DNA of 64,000 nt from IMGVR_UViG_3300042519_004024:124001-188000, one strand, 5' to 3'. Positions 1-9,293 are shown, counted from the first letter of the stretch. The notes: generated by a model from the sequence alone, not told the origin. Made by a program: numbers and translations.

Positions 1-2016
1 TGATGTATCTCCAGAATCTACAGTATTTAATCTACCACCTATAACTACACTCCAATCTCCATCAGCATAATTTAATTCTCCGTGTGAAAATGCTAATTCA
101 TTTGATCTTGAACCAACACCACCAGCATGTGAACTACTTCCGTAAGCATTTGTACCTTTATTTTGTGCGTGAGAATATTGCCCTGACGCTATTGAGGAGT
201 CTCCTTCAGCATGTGCAAAAACATTTGTCGCTTGTGAAGAACCTTCAGCGTGTGAGAACATTCCTGACGCTAACGAACCACTACCCTCTGAGTGTGAAAA
301 ATTACCTGAAGCGGTTGTTGATCCACCTTCAGCGTGGGCTCCAATACCTGTGGCGTTACTTCCTGAACCTTCACTATGTGAATAATCACCTGATGATGTT
401 GTTAAATTACCTTCAGCGTGACTATAAATACCATAACTATATGATTGCCCTTCAGCAGATGAAAATTGACCAATAGAATATGAACCAGACCCTTTTGAGG
501 TTGATCCTGTACCTATTGCGTAAGTCCTTATACCACTAGCATTACCATAATGTCCACCAAAAACTTGGTTCCCTCCCCAAAATGATGGTCCGTTAGTGTC
601 AGACATAATAGCATTGTCTCCTAAAGTATCAACTGACGTGTCATATAAATAAACAATAGTATTTGTACCATCAAATGTTACCGCACTAACACTAAATACG
701 GATGATGGATATAATGAAGAATATGAAGTATCATCAAAAAATACAAATGAAGATATTCCTGTTGAAAAATTTGAGGATACGTCTCCGTAGGTTGACTCTA
801 TAGCACAAATACCTGCGGTACACCCCGTTAATAAATAACCGTTATTTGATCCTGTTTCAGTCAGTTCACCATTCGCATGTGAATAATCACCATAAGTTTT
901 ACTGTTATTACCTAACGAAAAAGATAATGTTCCATAAGCGTTAGAACCATTAGTTTGTGTTTCATCCCAAATTGATATTGGTGAACATCCGTGAACGTTT
1001 CTTACATAAAAGTCTACAAAACAATTTCCTGAAGAAGAACCAGGTAAGTTATAATATGTTGTGGCACTTATTGTGTTTGCCGATAACCCGTTTGTAAAAT
1101 TAGTCGGTCCGTTAACTGTTCCTCCCGTAAATACACTACCACCCCCTGATGGTGCTTGCCAAGTTGCGTTTCCATCATTGTCAGATGTTAAAACCCACCC
1201 ATTCAATTCGTTTCCATCCACATATTTAAAAGTCCCTGTTGTTCCCGTTCCACCAACCTGTAAATTAGCTGTTGGGATTTCTGTTCCGTCAGGATTTAAC
1301 CTCAAACCTAAACTACCATCGGATGGTAGTGGACCACCTTTAAGATACATTACTGAATTACCATTTTGTTCAAACCATAAATTACCAGTATTTCCTGTTT
1401 GTGAGATGTTTATTACCATCCCGTCACTATTATTACCAAGAGATAGTATTCCTTTATTTTTATAAAAATTACTTCCCGTTACAGATACCCCGCTTGGTCT
1501 AACATAATTGTCTCCACCATATTCTAATTTTATATGTTTGTTAGATGCTAACGTTGAGGAAGCCATAATAACTGTATTACCACTTGTATTATTATTTGCC
1601 GATTGTATTGTGTTTGTGTCAGGATTATCAAAATTTACAATAAACCCTTTTCTATTTATTGCGTTATATCCAGCAACTATGGTATATGGATTAATTGAAT
1701 TGTCAGATTGTACATTAACACTTCCAAGATTCATAATGTTACCACCACTTGATATATCTATCGTTACTCCACTTGTGGATCCAAAATAAACATTACCTTC
1801 ATCAAGAGGGTTTATTCGTAAAGGTGAACACGAATGTATGTTAGAGACATATAAGTCACTAATACAATAACCTGTTATTGCATCAAACACTTGTTGTATT
1901 GATGCTTTATATGATGAACCCGCAGGGTCTTGTGATGTATCTCCTGTTATTACGATGTGAAGTAAATCGTTTACGGTTACTCCACTCGCTAAGGTTCTTG
2001 TTGTTAATTTTGCCAT
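1..2016 (-). CDS. Tail fibre/adhesin-like protein with SHAEG (YadA-head/Hep_Hag-like) repeats; 3'-truncated by the window edge, absent from the ORF track
   Basis: Manual translation from ATG at 2016 (MAKLTTRTLASGVTVNDLLHIVITGDTSQDPAGSSYKA...) stays open for 672 codons to position 1. The N-terminus is paralogous to 6958..8979 and the distal part has tandem (S/A)H(A/S)EG repeats. Confidence 0.85.
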   Translation of the reverse strand, partial: MAKLTTRTLASGVTVNDLLHIVITGDTSQDPAGSSYKASIQQVFDAITGYCISDLYVSNIHSCSPLRINPLDEGNVYFGSTSGVTIDISSGGNIMNLGSVNVQSDNSINPYTIVAGYNAINRKGFIVNFDNPDTNTIQSANNNTSGNTVIMASSTLASNKHIKLEYGGDNYVRPSGVSVTGSNFYKNKGILSLGNNSDGMVINISQTGNTGNLWFEQNGNSVMYLKGGPLPSDGSLGLRLNPDGTEIPTANLQVGGTGTTGTFKYVDGNELNGWVLTSDNDGNATWQAPSGGGSVFTGGTVNGPTNFTNGLSANTISATTYYNLPGSSSGNCFVDFYVRNVHGCSPISIWDETQTNGSNAYGTLSFSLGNNSKTYGDYSHANGELTETGSNNGYLLTGCTAGICAIESTYGDVSSNFSTGISSFVFFDDTSYSSLYPSSVFSVSAVTFDGTNTIVYLYDTSVDTLGDNAIMSDTNGPSFWGGNQVFGGHYGNASGIRTYAIGTGSTSKGSGSYSIGQFSSAEGQSYSYGIYSHAEGNLTTSSGDYSHSEGSGSNATGIGAHAEGGSTTASGNFSHSEGSGSLASGMFSHAEGSSQATNVFAHAEGDSSIASGQYSHAQNKGTNAYGSSSHAGGVGSRSNELAFSHGELNYADGDWSVVIGGRLNTVDSGDTS
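40..480 (-). repeat. About 10 tandem 13-14 aa SHAEG-type coding repeats
   Basis: Units such as GIYSHAEGNL, GDYSHSEGSG, GIGAHAEGGS, GNFSHSEGSG, GMFSHAEG, NVFAHAEG, GQYSHAQNKG, GSSSHAGGVG; seen on the + strand as recurring ccttcagcgtg. Confidence 0.85.
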
Positions 2017-2039
2017 TTCTTTTTATAATATATATAAGT

Positions 2040-2321
2040 TTATTGAAATTCATATGGTACTCCATCCATAAATTCAAATAAATCTGAATTTTGGAATTGT
2101 TTATAGAATATTTCGTTGTCACAATACACACAACCATTATCATCTATAATTTTTACAACATAACTACCATATGTTTCATATATCGCAGGTAATGTAAATG
2201 TATATGGTATGGTAGATGTCGTATTTATATACTGACAAGTACCATAACAAGTGTCACAAACCCATATATCGTATGGTGATGTTCCTGATGTTACTGAATT
2301 TATAGTTACTATTGTTGCCAT
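2040..2321 (-). CDS. Small single-domain SprB/Ig-like virion protein (paralogue of 9009..9293 and 9295..9504)
   Basis: SGTSPYDIWVCD...YVVKIIDDNGC pattern and C-terminal FMDGxxYxFQ tail shared with 9009..9293. Confidence 0.7.
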   Translation of the reverse strand: MATIVTINSVTSGTSPYDIWVCDTCYGTCQYINTTSTIPYTFTLPAIYETYGSYVVKIIDDNGCVYCDNEIFYKQFQNSDLFEFMDGVPYEFQ

Positions 2322-2325
2322 AATT

Positions 2326-4422
2326 TTAACAGTTTCCGTTTGGTGTACATTTGAATGTTAACTTACCATTACCGTCAACCTCAAATATCTGAGATATTGC
2401 GTTACCACTCTGATTGATTGGTACTTTTATGTATGTTACACTCAAAGGTGTGGTTAATGAACTATCTTCGTAAGCATATACACCTGTTTGTATCGTGTTA
2501 ACATTAAACGATGTAAAGAAATTTGCCGCTACTCCAAAATTTGTAAGTTCACAAATAGGACAAGATAGTGAGAACTCTCCTGACGCTCTCCATTCTTTAT
2601 ATTTTGGTGTTGGTGTAGGTTCAGGCGTTAAACATTCTAAACATGTTGTATATGTTGTTGCGGTTGTCGCAGTAAAAGTATCTTGTGTTACAGAAATAAA
2701 TCCTGATGGTGGTGTATAACCAACATAGTTACCAATGTAATTATAACAATCACCTGTTGTTTTTAAGATATCTCCAACAATTACATTAATTGGTGGATAA
2801 GCGTTTTGAATTATCATTGTATTATTAGTACATGATGTGAATATAAATTGTGTTCCCATAGGATATGATGGTGGTATTGGTAATGCGCATTCAGTATCTC
2901 CCGTACAAGTTCCTCCTGAAACAATAGTTGTTGTTCCTGTTATACAACTAAATGATATTGTGTTTTCTTGTGCACAAATACCAAAAGAAGTATCACCTGT
3001 CAATACTATTGATTCTGAATTACCTGAACAACCTGTCCATGTAACTGTACATCCACTATTAGATGTGATAGTATAACAATAACATTGTGGTACAGGAGTA
3101 GGTGTCGGTGTTGGTGTTGGTGTCACACAAACAGAACATCCACTGTAAACGTCCAATACTTGTATTAAATTTCTATTACTAGATGCTGTAGTTGTTCCTA
3201 AATATGTTACACACTGTATTTGATTGGATGCGCTTCCGTATAAAAGTGCTAAGAATGTAGTTCCTGTACTAACAACGGAACCTGAATATGTTATCGGTTC
3301 TGTTATATAATAATGTTCACCCGTATCACAGTCTAATAAATCTTTAACAGACGAACAAACAAAACTTCCACTATCAACAACAAATGTTACCGTATCAGCA
3401 GATGGCGTTACAGGACAATATGATGGTGTAGGGGGTGGGGTTGGTGTTGGTGTTGGGGTTGTTCCACTAGTTGTTGTACTAATTGTTGCAGTAAACCCAC
3501 TACAAATATCAGGAGTCGGTGTTGGAGTTGGTGGCACACAAATACCATAATCTGAAGATAATATTCTAAAAGGTATTACCGTTGTTACGACATCAACCCA
3601 AGGATATGTTATACTACTTTCAGGATAATACGCCGGATTATCATTATACGCAATTAAAGTTGTTGTTGGTGTGTATGATTGTTCCCACCTAACAGTAATA
3701 CTATTCCAATAAACAATAGTATCAGTAGAAGTTGAGCAATCGTTATAAAATAAACCATAGTAAGGTTTTCCATTAATAAAACCAATATAATTTAAAGTAC
3801 ATTGCCATGGGTTAGTTGATAACAATTCATTATCCAAAGTAAAACACATATCAGGACCTGGTGTCGGTGTTGGTGTTGGTATGTCACATTCCAACAATAC
3901 GTCAAAATCTAAATCTGAACACGGATCTGTAGGAATTGGTGTTATTAAACAAGTACCTTCGTACATTACAGTCGTATCTAAATCTGGACAACTGTACGAT
4001 GTTGGGTTTTGTCCAAAGAAATCACAACTACCACCTAAACTATTAGATAAACACCAATTTGTTCCGTTAAAAAACATATATCCAGGAGTAGTTCCTCCTG
4101 TCCAATAATAATCACCCCCATAAGTACCTTCTAATGTGTAGGTACCATTATATCCACTATATGAATTAATTGGTATGGATATGCAATAGTTATTTTGACA
4201 ATATCCAGTACAAAGAGTATCATTACAATCGAGTACCAAAGTTGCGGTACCATCCATAAATACTGTCATCATTGATAAAGAACCTATGGTATAACACCCG
4301 TCGGGTATAACCGTATCACCAACAATATTAAAAACTAATCCAAGTGTTGTTGTATAACTCCAGTTAGGAACCCTAAAGCTAATACTACTATTTATACAAC
4401 TTTCTATTTGTACTGTTGCCAT
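2326..4422 (-). CDS. Cys-rich multidomain virion-associated protein with five Pro/Thr linkers
   Basis: 698 aa, about 39 Cys counted by hand, PTPTPTP-type linkers between domains; TATTTATA motif upstream. Confidence 0.7.
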   Translation of the reverse strand: MATVQIESCINSSISFRVPNWSYTTTLGLVFNIVGDTVIPDGCYTIGSLSMMTVFMDGTATLVLDCNDTLCTGYCQNNYCISIPINSYSGYNGTYTLEGTYGGDYYWTGGTTPGYMFFNGTNWCLSNSLGGSCDFFGQNPTSYSCPDLDTTVMYEGTCLITPIPTDPCSDLDFDVLLECDIPTPTPTPGPDMCFTLDNELLSTNPWQCTLNYIGFINGKPYYGLFYNDCSTSTDTIVYWNSITVRWEQSYTPTTTLIAYNDNPAYYPESSITYPWVDVVTTVIPFRILSSDYGICVPPTPTPTPDICSGFTATISTTTSGTTPTPTPTPPPTPSYCPVTPSADTVTFVVDSGSFVCSSVKDLLDCDTGEHYYITEPITYSGSVVSTGTTFLALLYGSASNQIQCVTYLGTTTASSNRNLIQVLDVYSGCSVCVTPTPTPTPTPVPQCYCYTITSNSGCTVTWTGCSGNSESIVLTGDTSFGICAQENTISFSCITGTTTIVSGGTCTGDTECALPIPPSYPMGTQFIFTSCTNNTMIIQNAYPPINVIVGDILKTTGDCYNYIGNYVGYTPPSGFISVTQDTFTATTATTYTTCLECLTPEPTPTPKYKEWRASGEFSLSCPICELTNFGVAANFFTSFNVNTIQTGVYAYEDSSLTTPLSVTYIKVPINQSGNAISQIFEVDGNGKLTFKCTPNGNC

Positions 4423-4440
4423 TAAATTATTACTTTATTA

Positions 4441-4448
4441 TATAAATA
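4441..4448 (-). promoter_or_regulatory. TATTTATA putative late-promoter motif
   Basis: 18 nt upstream of the ATG at 4422; member of a recurring motif family. Confidence 0.55.
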
Positions 4449-4484
4449 ATCAAAAGTTTATTTTATTTAAAATGATTTATAAAA

Positions 4485-5687
4485 TTATAGAGTTAAAGAA
4501 AAATCAATTCTATTTTTCCATTCACCATCTTTATTATTAACCCAATAAACCCATTTGTGTGGTTTTTCCGTAGTTTTTAAGTCTATTTTTAAATACTCCT
4601 GATATTTGTATAAATCTTGTCTATGTATAACATTCCCCATTTCATCTTCAACACCAATATAAATAAACTTAAAGTTATCAGTAAATGGGATATAAAGATT
4701 TAAATTATATGTTTTTTCAACTTTTTTATACCATTCAGTATTATCGTTTATTGGTGGAAATATTCCTTTAATTGTGTCTTGATGTAACTTTCTATTTTTA
4801 AAATTTATCCCGGCATAATCCTCATATTCTTTATGTGTTCTAACCGAACCTAATCCATATATTGTTAAATCAATATTATTATCTTCTTCTTGTAACATGT
4901 GTCTTAATCTACGTTTGGATTCATTATCCATTTCCCACCATTGTTTTTCAATAATACCATTGTTTTTATTTTCTTGATTAAAATCTGTCCAATGTTTTGT
5001 TCTACCTTCTCTTGTGTATTCGTGCCAAACAACAGTTTTATGTGGATGAAACAAATCATAACCTAAAGTGTATGATCTAATTGATAGACTAATTTCGTCA
5101 CCAGCAAAATAAATGTTTGGGTCGTACTTATATTCTTCACAATGTTTACCTAGTGTGAAAAAGAAATGTCCACTTACAAATCTAGCCGGTATTGGGGTTT
5201 CCAATGTTTGCCAATTTGGGATTGCGTGTGGTCTAAAAAGTATAGTACCACCTGGTGTGAAATTAGATGCAACCATCATATATGGTTCAACATTTAATAA
5301 TTGGTTATCTGATGGTCGGTACATCCCAGCATATGATGTGATGATTGGTTTTTCTGAACCTGTCATATTCATCATTTCAATCAATTCTATATCCCAATCT
5401 TGTAAAAATCTATGATGTGAATCTAACTGCATTGTATATTCTTCACCATCCCACAATTTTTGGATTTCTGAACGAGCCCAACAAAGTCCTTTACTTTCTG
5501 TCCAATGATAATCTAAAATTTTAAATCTCTCATCGTCTGTAAATTCTTCCATTGACTCAGTTTCATCTCTTTGCCAACAAACACCAAATGTTAAATTTTC
5601 AGGGTGTTTTGCTTTATTAATACAATCTCTAATTGTTGGTAAAAGTTCGGGATCCCTATAAGATGCGATTTGTACAAATATTTTCAT
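4485..5687 (-). CDS. GT60-like UDP-GlcNAc:polypeptide GlcNAc-transferase (GlcNAc/PF11397-like, Skp1 Gnt1/mucin-type initiating family)
   Basis: N-terminal IFVQIASYRDPEL..TI, SKGLCWARSEIQKLWDGEEYTMQLDSHHRF (DxH metal motif), GHFFF and YFAGDEISLSIRSYTLGYDLFHP match the family pattern as I recall it. Confidence 0.8.
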   Translation of the reverse strand: MKIFVQIASYRDPELLPTIRDCINKAKHPENLTFGVCWQRDETESMEEFTDDERFKILDYHWTESKGLCWARSEIQKLWDGEEYTMQLDSHHRFLQDWDIELIEMMNMTGSEKPIITSYAGMYRPSDNQLLNVEPYMMVASNFTPGGTILFRPHAIPNWQTLETPIPARFVSGHFFFTLGKHCEEYKYDPNIYFAGDEISLSIRSYTLGYDLFHPHKTVVWHEYTREGRTKHWTDFNQENKNNGIIEKQWWEMDNESKRRLRHMLQEEDNNIDLTIYGLGSVRTHKEYEDYAGINFKNRKLHQDTIKGIFPPINDNTEWYKKVEKTYNLNLYIPFTDNFKFIYIGVEDEMGNVIHRQDLYKYQEYLKIDLKTTEKPHKWVYWVNNKDGEWKNRIDFSLTL

Positions 5688-5732
5688 AATTAAAATATAT
5701 TCTAAAATATTTTAAAGTGAATTTAATATATC

Positions 5733-6953
5733 TTATAAATAATATAATACTTCTGCAGTTCCTGCAAATGTTGCGTTTGCACCTAATGGTGTTATACATA
5801 TCCACATTTCGTCAAGTGTTCCGTTAACATTAGAACCAACCCTAATTTGATTATCATCAATTTTTAATGTGGTAAGTGCTGATGTTCCTGATTCACCAAT
5901 AAGTGATGACATAATGTGTCCGTTTGTTGTAACAGTTGCAGTTGTTGTTCCAGTAAATAAACTATACTGAAATGGTGAGTTCGGTATATCCACCCAAGTT
6001 GGTGTTGTAGATATTGTTGGGTTATATTCAACTGTAACCAAATAGTTATCATTTGATGTATTTAAAATACTTAAACTACTATATTGTGATGTAACTGACT
6101 TATAACTTTGTTTAAGCCTATAACCAATATACGGATATTTTGTATCTGAAGTTTCTAAGGTCGTTGTTGTTTGGTGTTGTATACCTACTGTCGAATAAAG
6201 TCCGTTTAACGCTCCTTCGGTTGATACTTGACTACATAACATATCAAAGTATCCTGAACCAACACCTACTTGTCTTATTTCATACCTAATTGGTTGATTT
6301 GGTGATGACATGTAAACGGTAGGTATATTATTTGCCGAAGTATATTCTAAAAAATAAAATGTTTGACCCGATAATACCATTCCAAACCTCATCCTACCAA
6401 CACCTAACCATTGATAATCTACTGTCATTAGATTTGTGTTACTCCAATCAAAATTGTTTACGTCAAAGTCTGTATTATTCCAAGTTGTTGTATCGGCACT
6501 ATAAGTACAAGAACCACTTAAATAAATGTTAAATGTTATCGCACTTGTTACACCATTACTTTCTAAAAAGAACCCGTCAAATACCGAATTGTACGTGGAT
6601 GCCGTTGTTGATGTGAAACATCCAATTCGTTTAATTATATTTGTTTCTATTTGGAAGTTTGAAAAACTGCCTTCAAATAGTTGACTTTTACCTGGTTGAT
6701 AAATTGGGTGTGTTTTAGTTTGTCTAACAACCAAATCGTTATTTGCCGATGTTGACATTCTAACTCTCGCATATTGTTGGTTAAATACTGATGTTGCAGT
6801 ACCTGCGGTTACTTCATTGACCTGTAAAGGATTTTTATCGTAAACGTGTTTAATGTCTAATAAATTTTGAACCGCTGCGGTCCTTAATCTACCGAAAGCG
6901 TCCATATTTGGTCCGTCCGCGTACTTTATTGAGTTGTTAAAAATAAATGACAT
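5733..6953 (-). CDS. Hypothetical virion protein, beta-rich (possible lectin-like fold)
   Basis: 406 aa; N-terminal DAFGRLR motif typical of aquatic phage structural proteins; located in the fibre cluster. Confidence 0.5.
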   Translation of the reverse strand: MSFIFNNSIKYADGPNMDAFGRLRTAAVQNLLDIKHVYDKNPLQVNEVTAGTATSVFNQQYARVRMSTSANNDLVVRQTKTHPIYQPGKSQLFEGSFSNFQIETNIIKRIGCFTSTTASTYNSVFDGFFLESNGVTSAITFNIYLSGSCTYSADTTTWNNTDFDVNNFDWSNTNLMTVDYQWLGVGRMRFGMVLSGQTFYFLEYTSANNIPTVYMSSPNQPIRYEIRQVGVGSGYFDMLCSQVSTEGALNGLYSTVGIQHQTTTTLETSDTKYPYIGYRLKQSYKSVTSQYSSLSILNTSNDNYLVTVEYNPTISTTPTWVDIPNSPFQYSLFTGTTTATVTTNGHIMSSLIGESGTSALTTLKIDDNQIRVGSNVNGTLDEMWICITPLGANATFAGTAEVLYYL

Positions 6954-6957
6954 AATA

Positions 6958-8979
6958 TTAAATTAAATACCAATTTCCGTTTCTCACCATAATGGTGAGA
7001 GACATATAGTTTATATTCATATCAACATATGAATTTCCGTCAATCAAACCCGATGCCGGTGTTAATCTTATTCTAAAAAACCCGGAAGTTCCGGCTTCGT
7101 CTTTTATGACTAAATAATACCCGTCTCTTGACGTTGTTGTTGGTAATGTTAAATCAACATTTGATGATCCACTAACACCCCAATATGATTTATCCCAAGT
7201 TAAGGTTTGTGATGATGTTATCGCGCTTGTTACAAATACATTGATGGGTAAATTTTGATAGGTTGTTGCAGAAATTGTGTTTGCGGTTAAACCATCAGTA
7301 AATGAAGTAGACCCTGTTACAGTACCACCTGTAAATCCATTACTTAACGAACCATCACCCATAACATATTTTGATGATGTACCGCCTTGTGTAATAAATT
7401 TATCTGCATTTATGTATTGAAAATAATCTATTGAATTAGTACTAGTTCCTGTAAGCGTAGAACCTGGTTTATCATATATGGTGTTAATAATTGTGTAAAT
7501 ACCTGCAACACTTATAGGTGCTACATTATTCCCCGCCGTAACAAGCACTTGACTATTTAGCAATGTTAATGTAGTCAAAGATCCCGTTATCGTTATACCA
7601 TTACCACCTAAAGCAGTAACAATACAATCAACTATTGCTAAGTTACCTGCACTAGCTGATGGTGTTACTACACTATTACATCCCTTTATAATAACTTGTG
7701 CTGAGGCATTGCTTACTGATACTCCAACATTTTTATTACCGTTGATAATAGTGATGCCAGCACCAGAAATTTGAATACCTAAAGTACATTGCAGTTCTGA
7801 GTTAATAATTTCAACATAACCACTAGATGATTTGGTTACTTGAGTATCAATAGTACAGTTGCTTATATAAGCTTGAGCTGTTCCACTAATGACAAGGTTA
7901 CTCATCTTCAAACCTGAAATGCGAGTACCAGAACCTAATGTACCAATAGTTAATGTACCTGATAATAGAGTATTTGCTCCTGTTAACTCTGATGTTGAAA
8001 TTGTCGTATTAGTGTTAGCGACCGTAACATTTTCTGAATAAGTACCAGGGTGGATAATTATTGTTTTACGAGACCCAGTAAGTAAGGTTAATGCCTTAGT
8101 AATGGTCGCAACAGGATTAAGTAAATCACCATTACCTGTAGTATCATTTCCATCTATTTGACTTACGTGTATCTCATATTGAAAATTTGACGAAACATTA
8201 TAATATGTTGTTGCCGAAATTGTGTTTGCGGTTAATCCACCATCAATTTTAGTATTACCACTTACATGTAGTTTTTGTGTTGGTGTGGTTGTTCCAATAC
8301 CAACATAACCTCTTGTCGCACCTAAACCTTGTATGTGTATATCAGGTGTTGTCCCATTAGCGGTTTGTCCTGCATAAAATCTAATGTAATCCTCAGTTCC
8401 TGTGCCAGGTGGGTTTAAAAAATTAAAACCATATGTTTCATTACCAGCATAAAAGAATGCGTCACCAACTTTACCATATCCAGGATACGAGACATCATTC
8501 CACGCCCTCATACCTAATTCAAATCCCGCAATTGGTTTTGTTAAATATGGTGTAATTGCGACAGAAATTCTTGGTACGTTTGTATTCCCACTTAAAAGTA
8601 ACCTACCTCCAACACTTTCAGAATCATAATATAATCTACTTTGGATACCTCTAGCGTCAAAAACATATTGTGGTGTGCTTGTATTAATACCTATTCTTTT
8701 ATTTAAAATATCTAAAGTAATTCCGCTTGTTGATCCAAAATACACATCACCCTCATCTAACGGATTTATGTTTAATGGGGAACATGAATGAATATTTGAG
8801 ACATAAAAATCGGTAAAACAATATCCCGAAATAGAATCAAATACTTGTGATATTTTTGCCTTATATGATGAACCATCAGGATCTTGTGAGGTATCTCCTG
8901 TTATTACAATATGTATTAAATCGTCTGTAGTTACACCTGACGCTAATACTCTTTCTGTAAGTCTTTGATAAACTGCCAT
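6958..8979 (-). CDS. Modular tail fibre/spike: shared N-terminal anchor, GIGT motifs, putative right-handed beta-helix, small C-terminal domain
   Basis: IGINTSTPQYVFD and YVGIGTTTPTQKLHVSGN motifs; HVSQIDGNDTTGNG...NPVATITKAL...IIIHPGTYSENV is a typical beta-helix cap; ends LTLP...IKDEAG...IDG...GNWYLI. Confidence 0.7.
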   Translation of the reverse strand: MAVYQRLTERVLASGVTTDDLIHIVITGDTSQDPDGSSYKAKISQVFDSISGYCFTDFYVSNIHSCSPLNINPLDEGDVYFGSTSGITLDILNKRIGINTSTPQYVFDARGIQSRLYYDSESVGGRLLLSGNTNVPRISVAITPYLTKPIAGFELGMRAWNDVSYPGYGKVGDAFFYAGNETYGFNFLNPPGTGTEDYIRFYAGQTANGTTPDIHIQGLGATRGYVGIGTTTPTQKLHVSGNTKIDGGLTANTISATTYYNVSSNFQYEIHVSQIDGNDTTGNGDLLNPVATITKALTLLTGSRKTIIIHPGTYSENVTVANTNTTISTSELTGANTLLSGTLTIGTLGSGTRISGLKMSNLVISGTAQAYISNCTIDTQVTKSSSGYVEIINSELQCTLGIQISGAGITIINGNKNVGVSVSNASAQVIIKGCNSVVTPSASAGNLAIVDCIVTALGGNGITITGSLTTLTLLNSQVLVTAGNNVAPISVAGIYTIINTIYDKPGSTLTGTSTNSIDYFQYINADKFITQGGTSSKYVMGDGSLSNGFTGGTVTGSTSFTDGLTANTISATTYQNLPINVFVTSAITSSQTLTWDKSYWGVSGSSNVDLTLPTTTSRDGYYLVIKDEAGTSGFFRIRLTPASGLIDGNSYVDMNINYMSLTIMVRNGNWYLI

Positions 8980-8988
8980 GTTTTATTC

Positions 8989-8996
8989 TATAAATA
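8989..8996 (-). promoter_or_regulatory. TATTTATA putative late-promoter motif
   Basis: 9 nt upstream of the ATG at 8979. Confidence 0.55.
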
Positions 8997-9008
8997 CTTT
9001 AATATTAT

Positions 9009-9293
9009 TTATTGGAATAAATAATTATTACCGTCCATAAAAGTGAAGTAATTGGCGTCTTGATAAATTTTTTGTCCACATATTAAGAAGTTATTTGCAA
9101 TACACCCATTAGTATCGATTATTTTAACATAAAGAATTTGTTCATAAGGAAAATAATCATCGGTATCAAATATCACACTTGGTGGAATAAATGTTGTTCC
9201 TGAAACATAAAAACAAGACGTGTTAGTTGCATCACATATATAAACGTCATATGGTGCCTGCCCACTTGTTACTCCTGTTATTTCTATATTCAT
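9009..9293 (-). CDS. Small single-domain SprB/Ig-like virion protein (paralogue of 2040..2321)
   Basis: SGQAPYDVYICD...LYVKIIDTNGC...FMDGNNYLFQ. Confidence 0.7.
   Translation of the reverse strand: MNIEITGVTSGQAPYDVYICDATNTSCFYVSGTTFIPPSVIFDTDDYFPYEQILYVKIIDTNGCIANNFLICGQKIYQDANYFTFMDGNNYLFQ

Noticed and set aside
84-1789. Plus-strand ORFs 84..476, 1061..1465 and 1508..1789
   Set aside because: Antisense shadows of the unlisted minus-strand fibre gene 1..2016; no recognisable motifs.
1907-2143. 78-aa minus-strand ORF in the track
   Set aside because: Off-frame overlap of two better-supported genes (2040..2321 and the start at 2016).
7262-8235. Near-identical 29-bp pair, or the duplicated fibre N-termini, as a diversity-generating retroelement TR/VR
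   Set aside because: Too short or too diverged, differences are not adenine-specific, both copies are coding, and there is no reverse transcriptase in the window.
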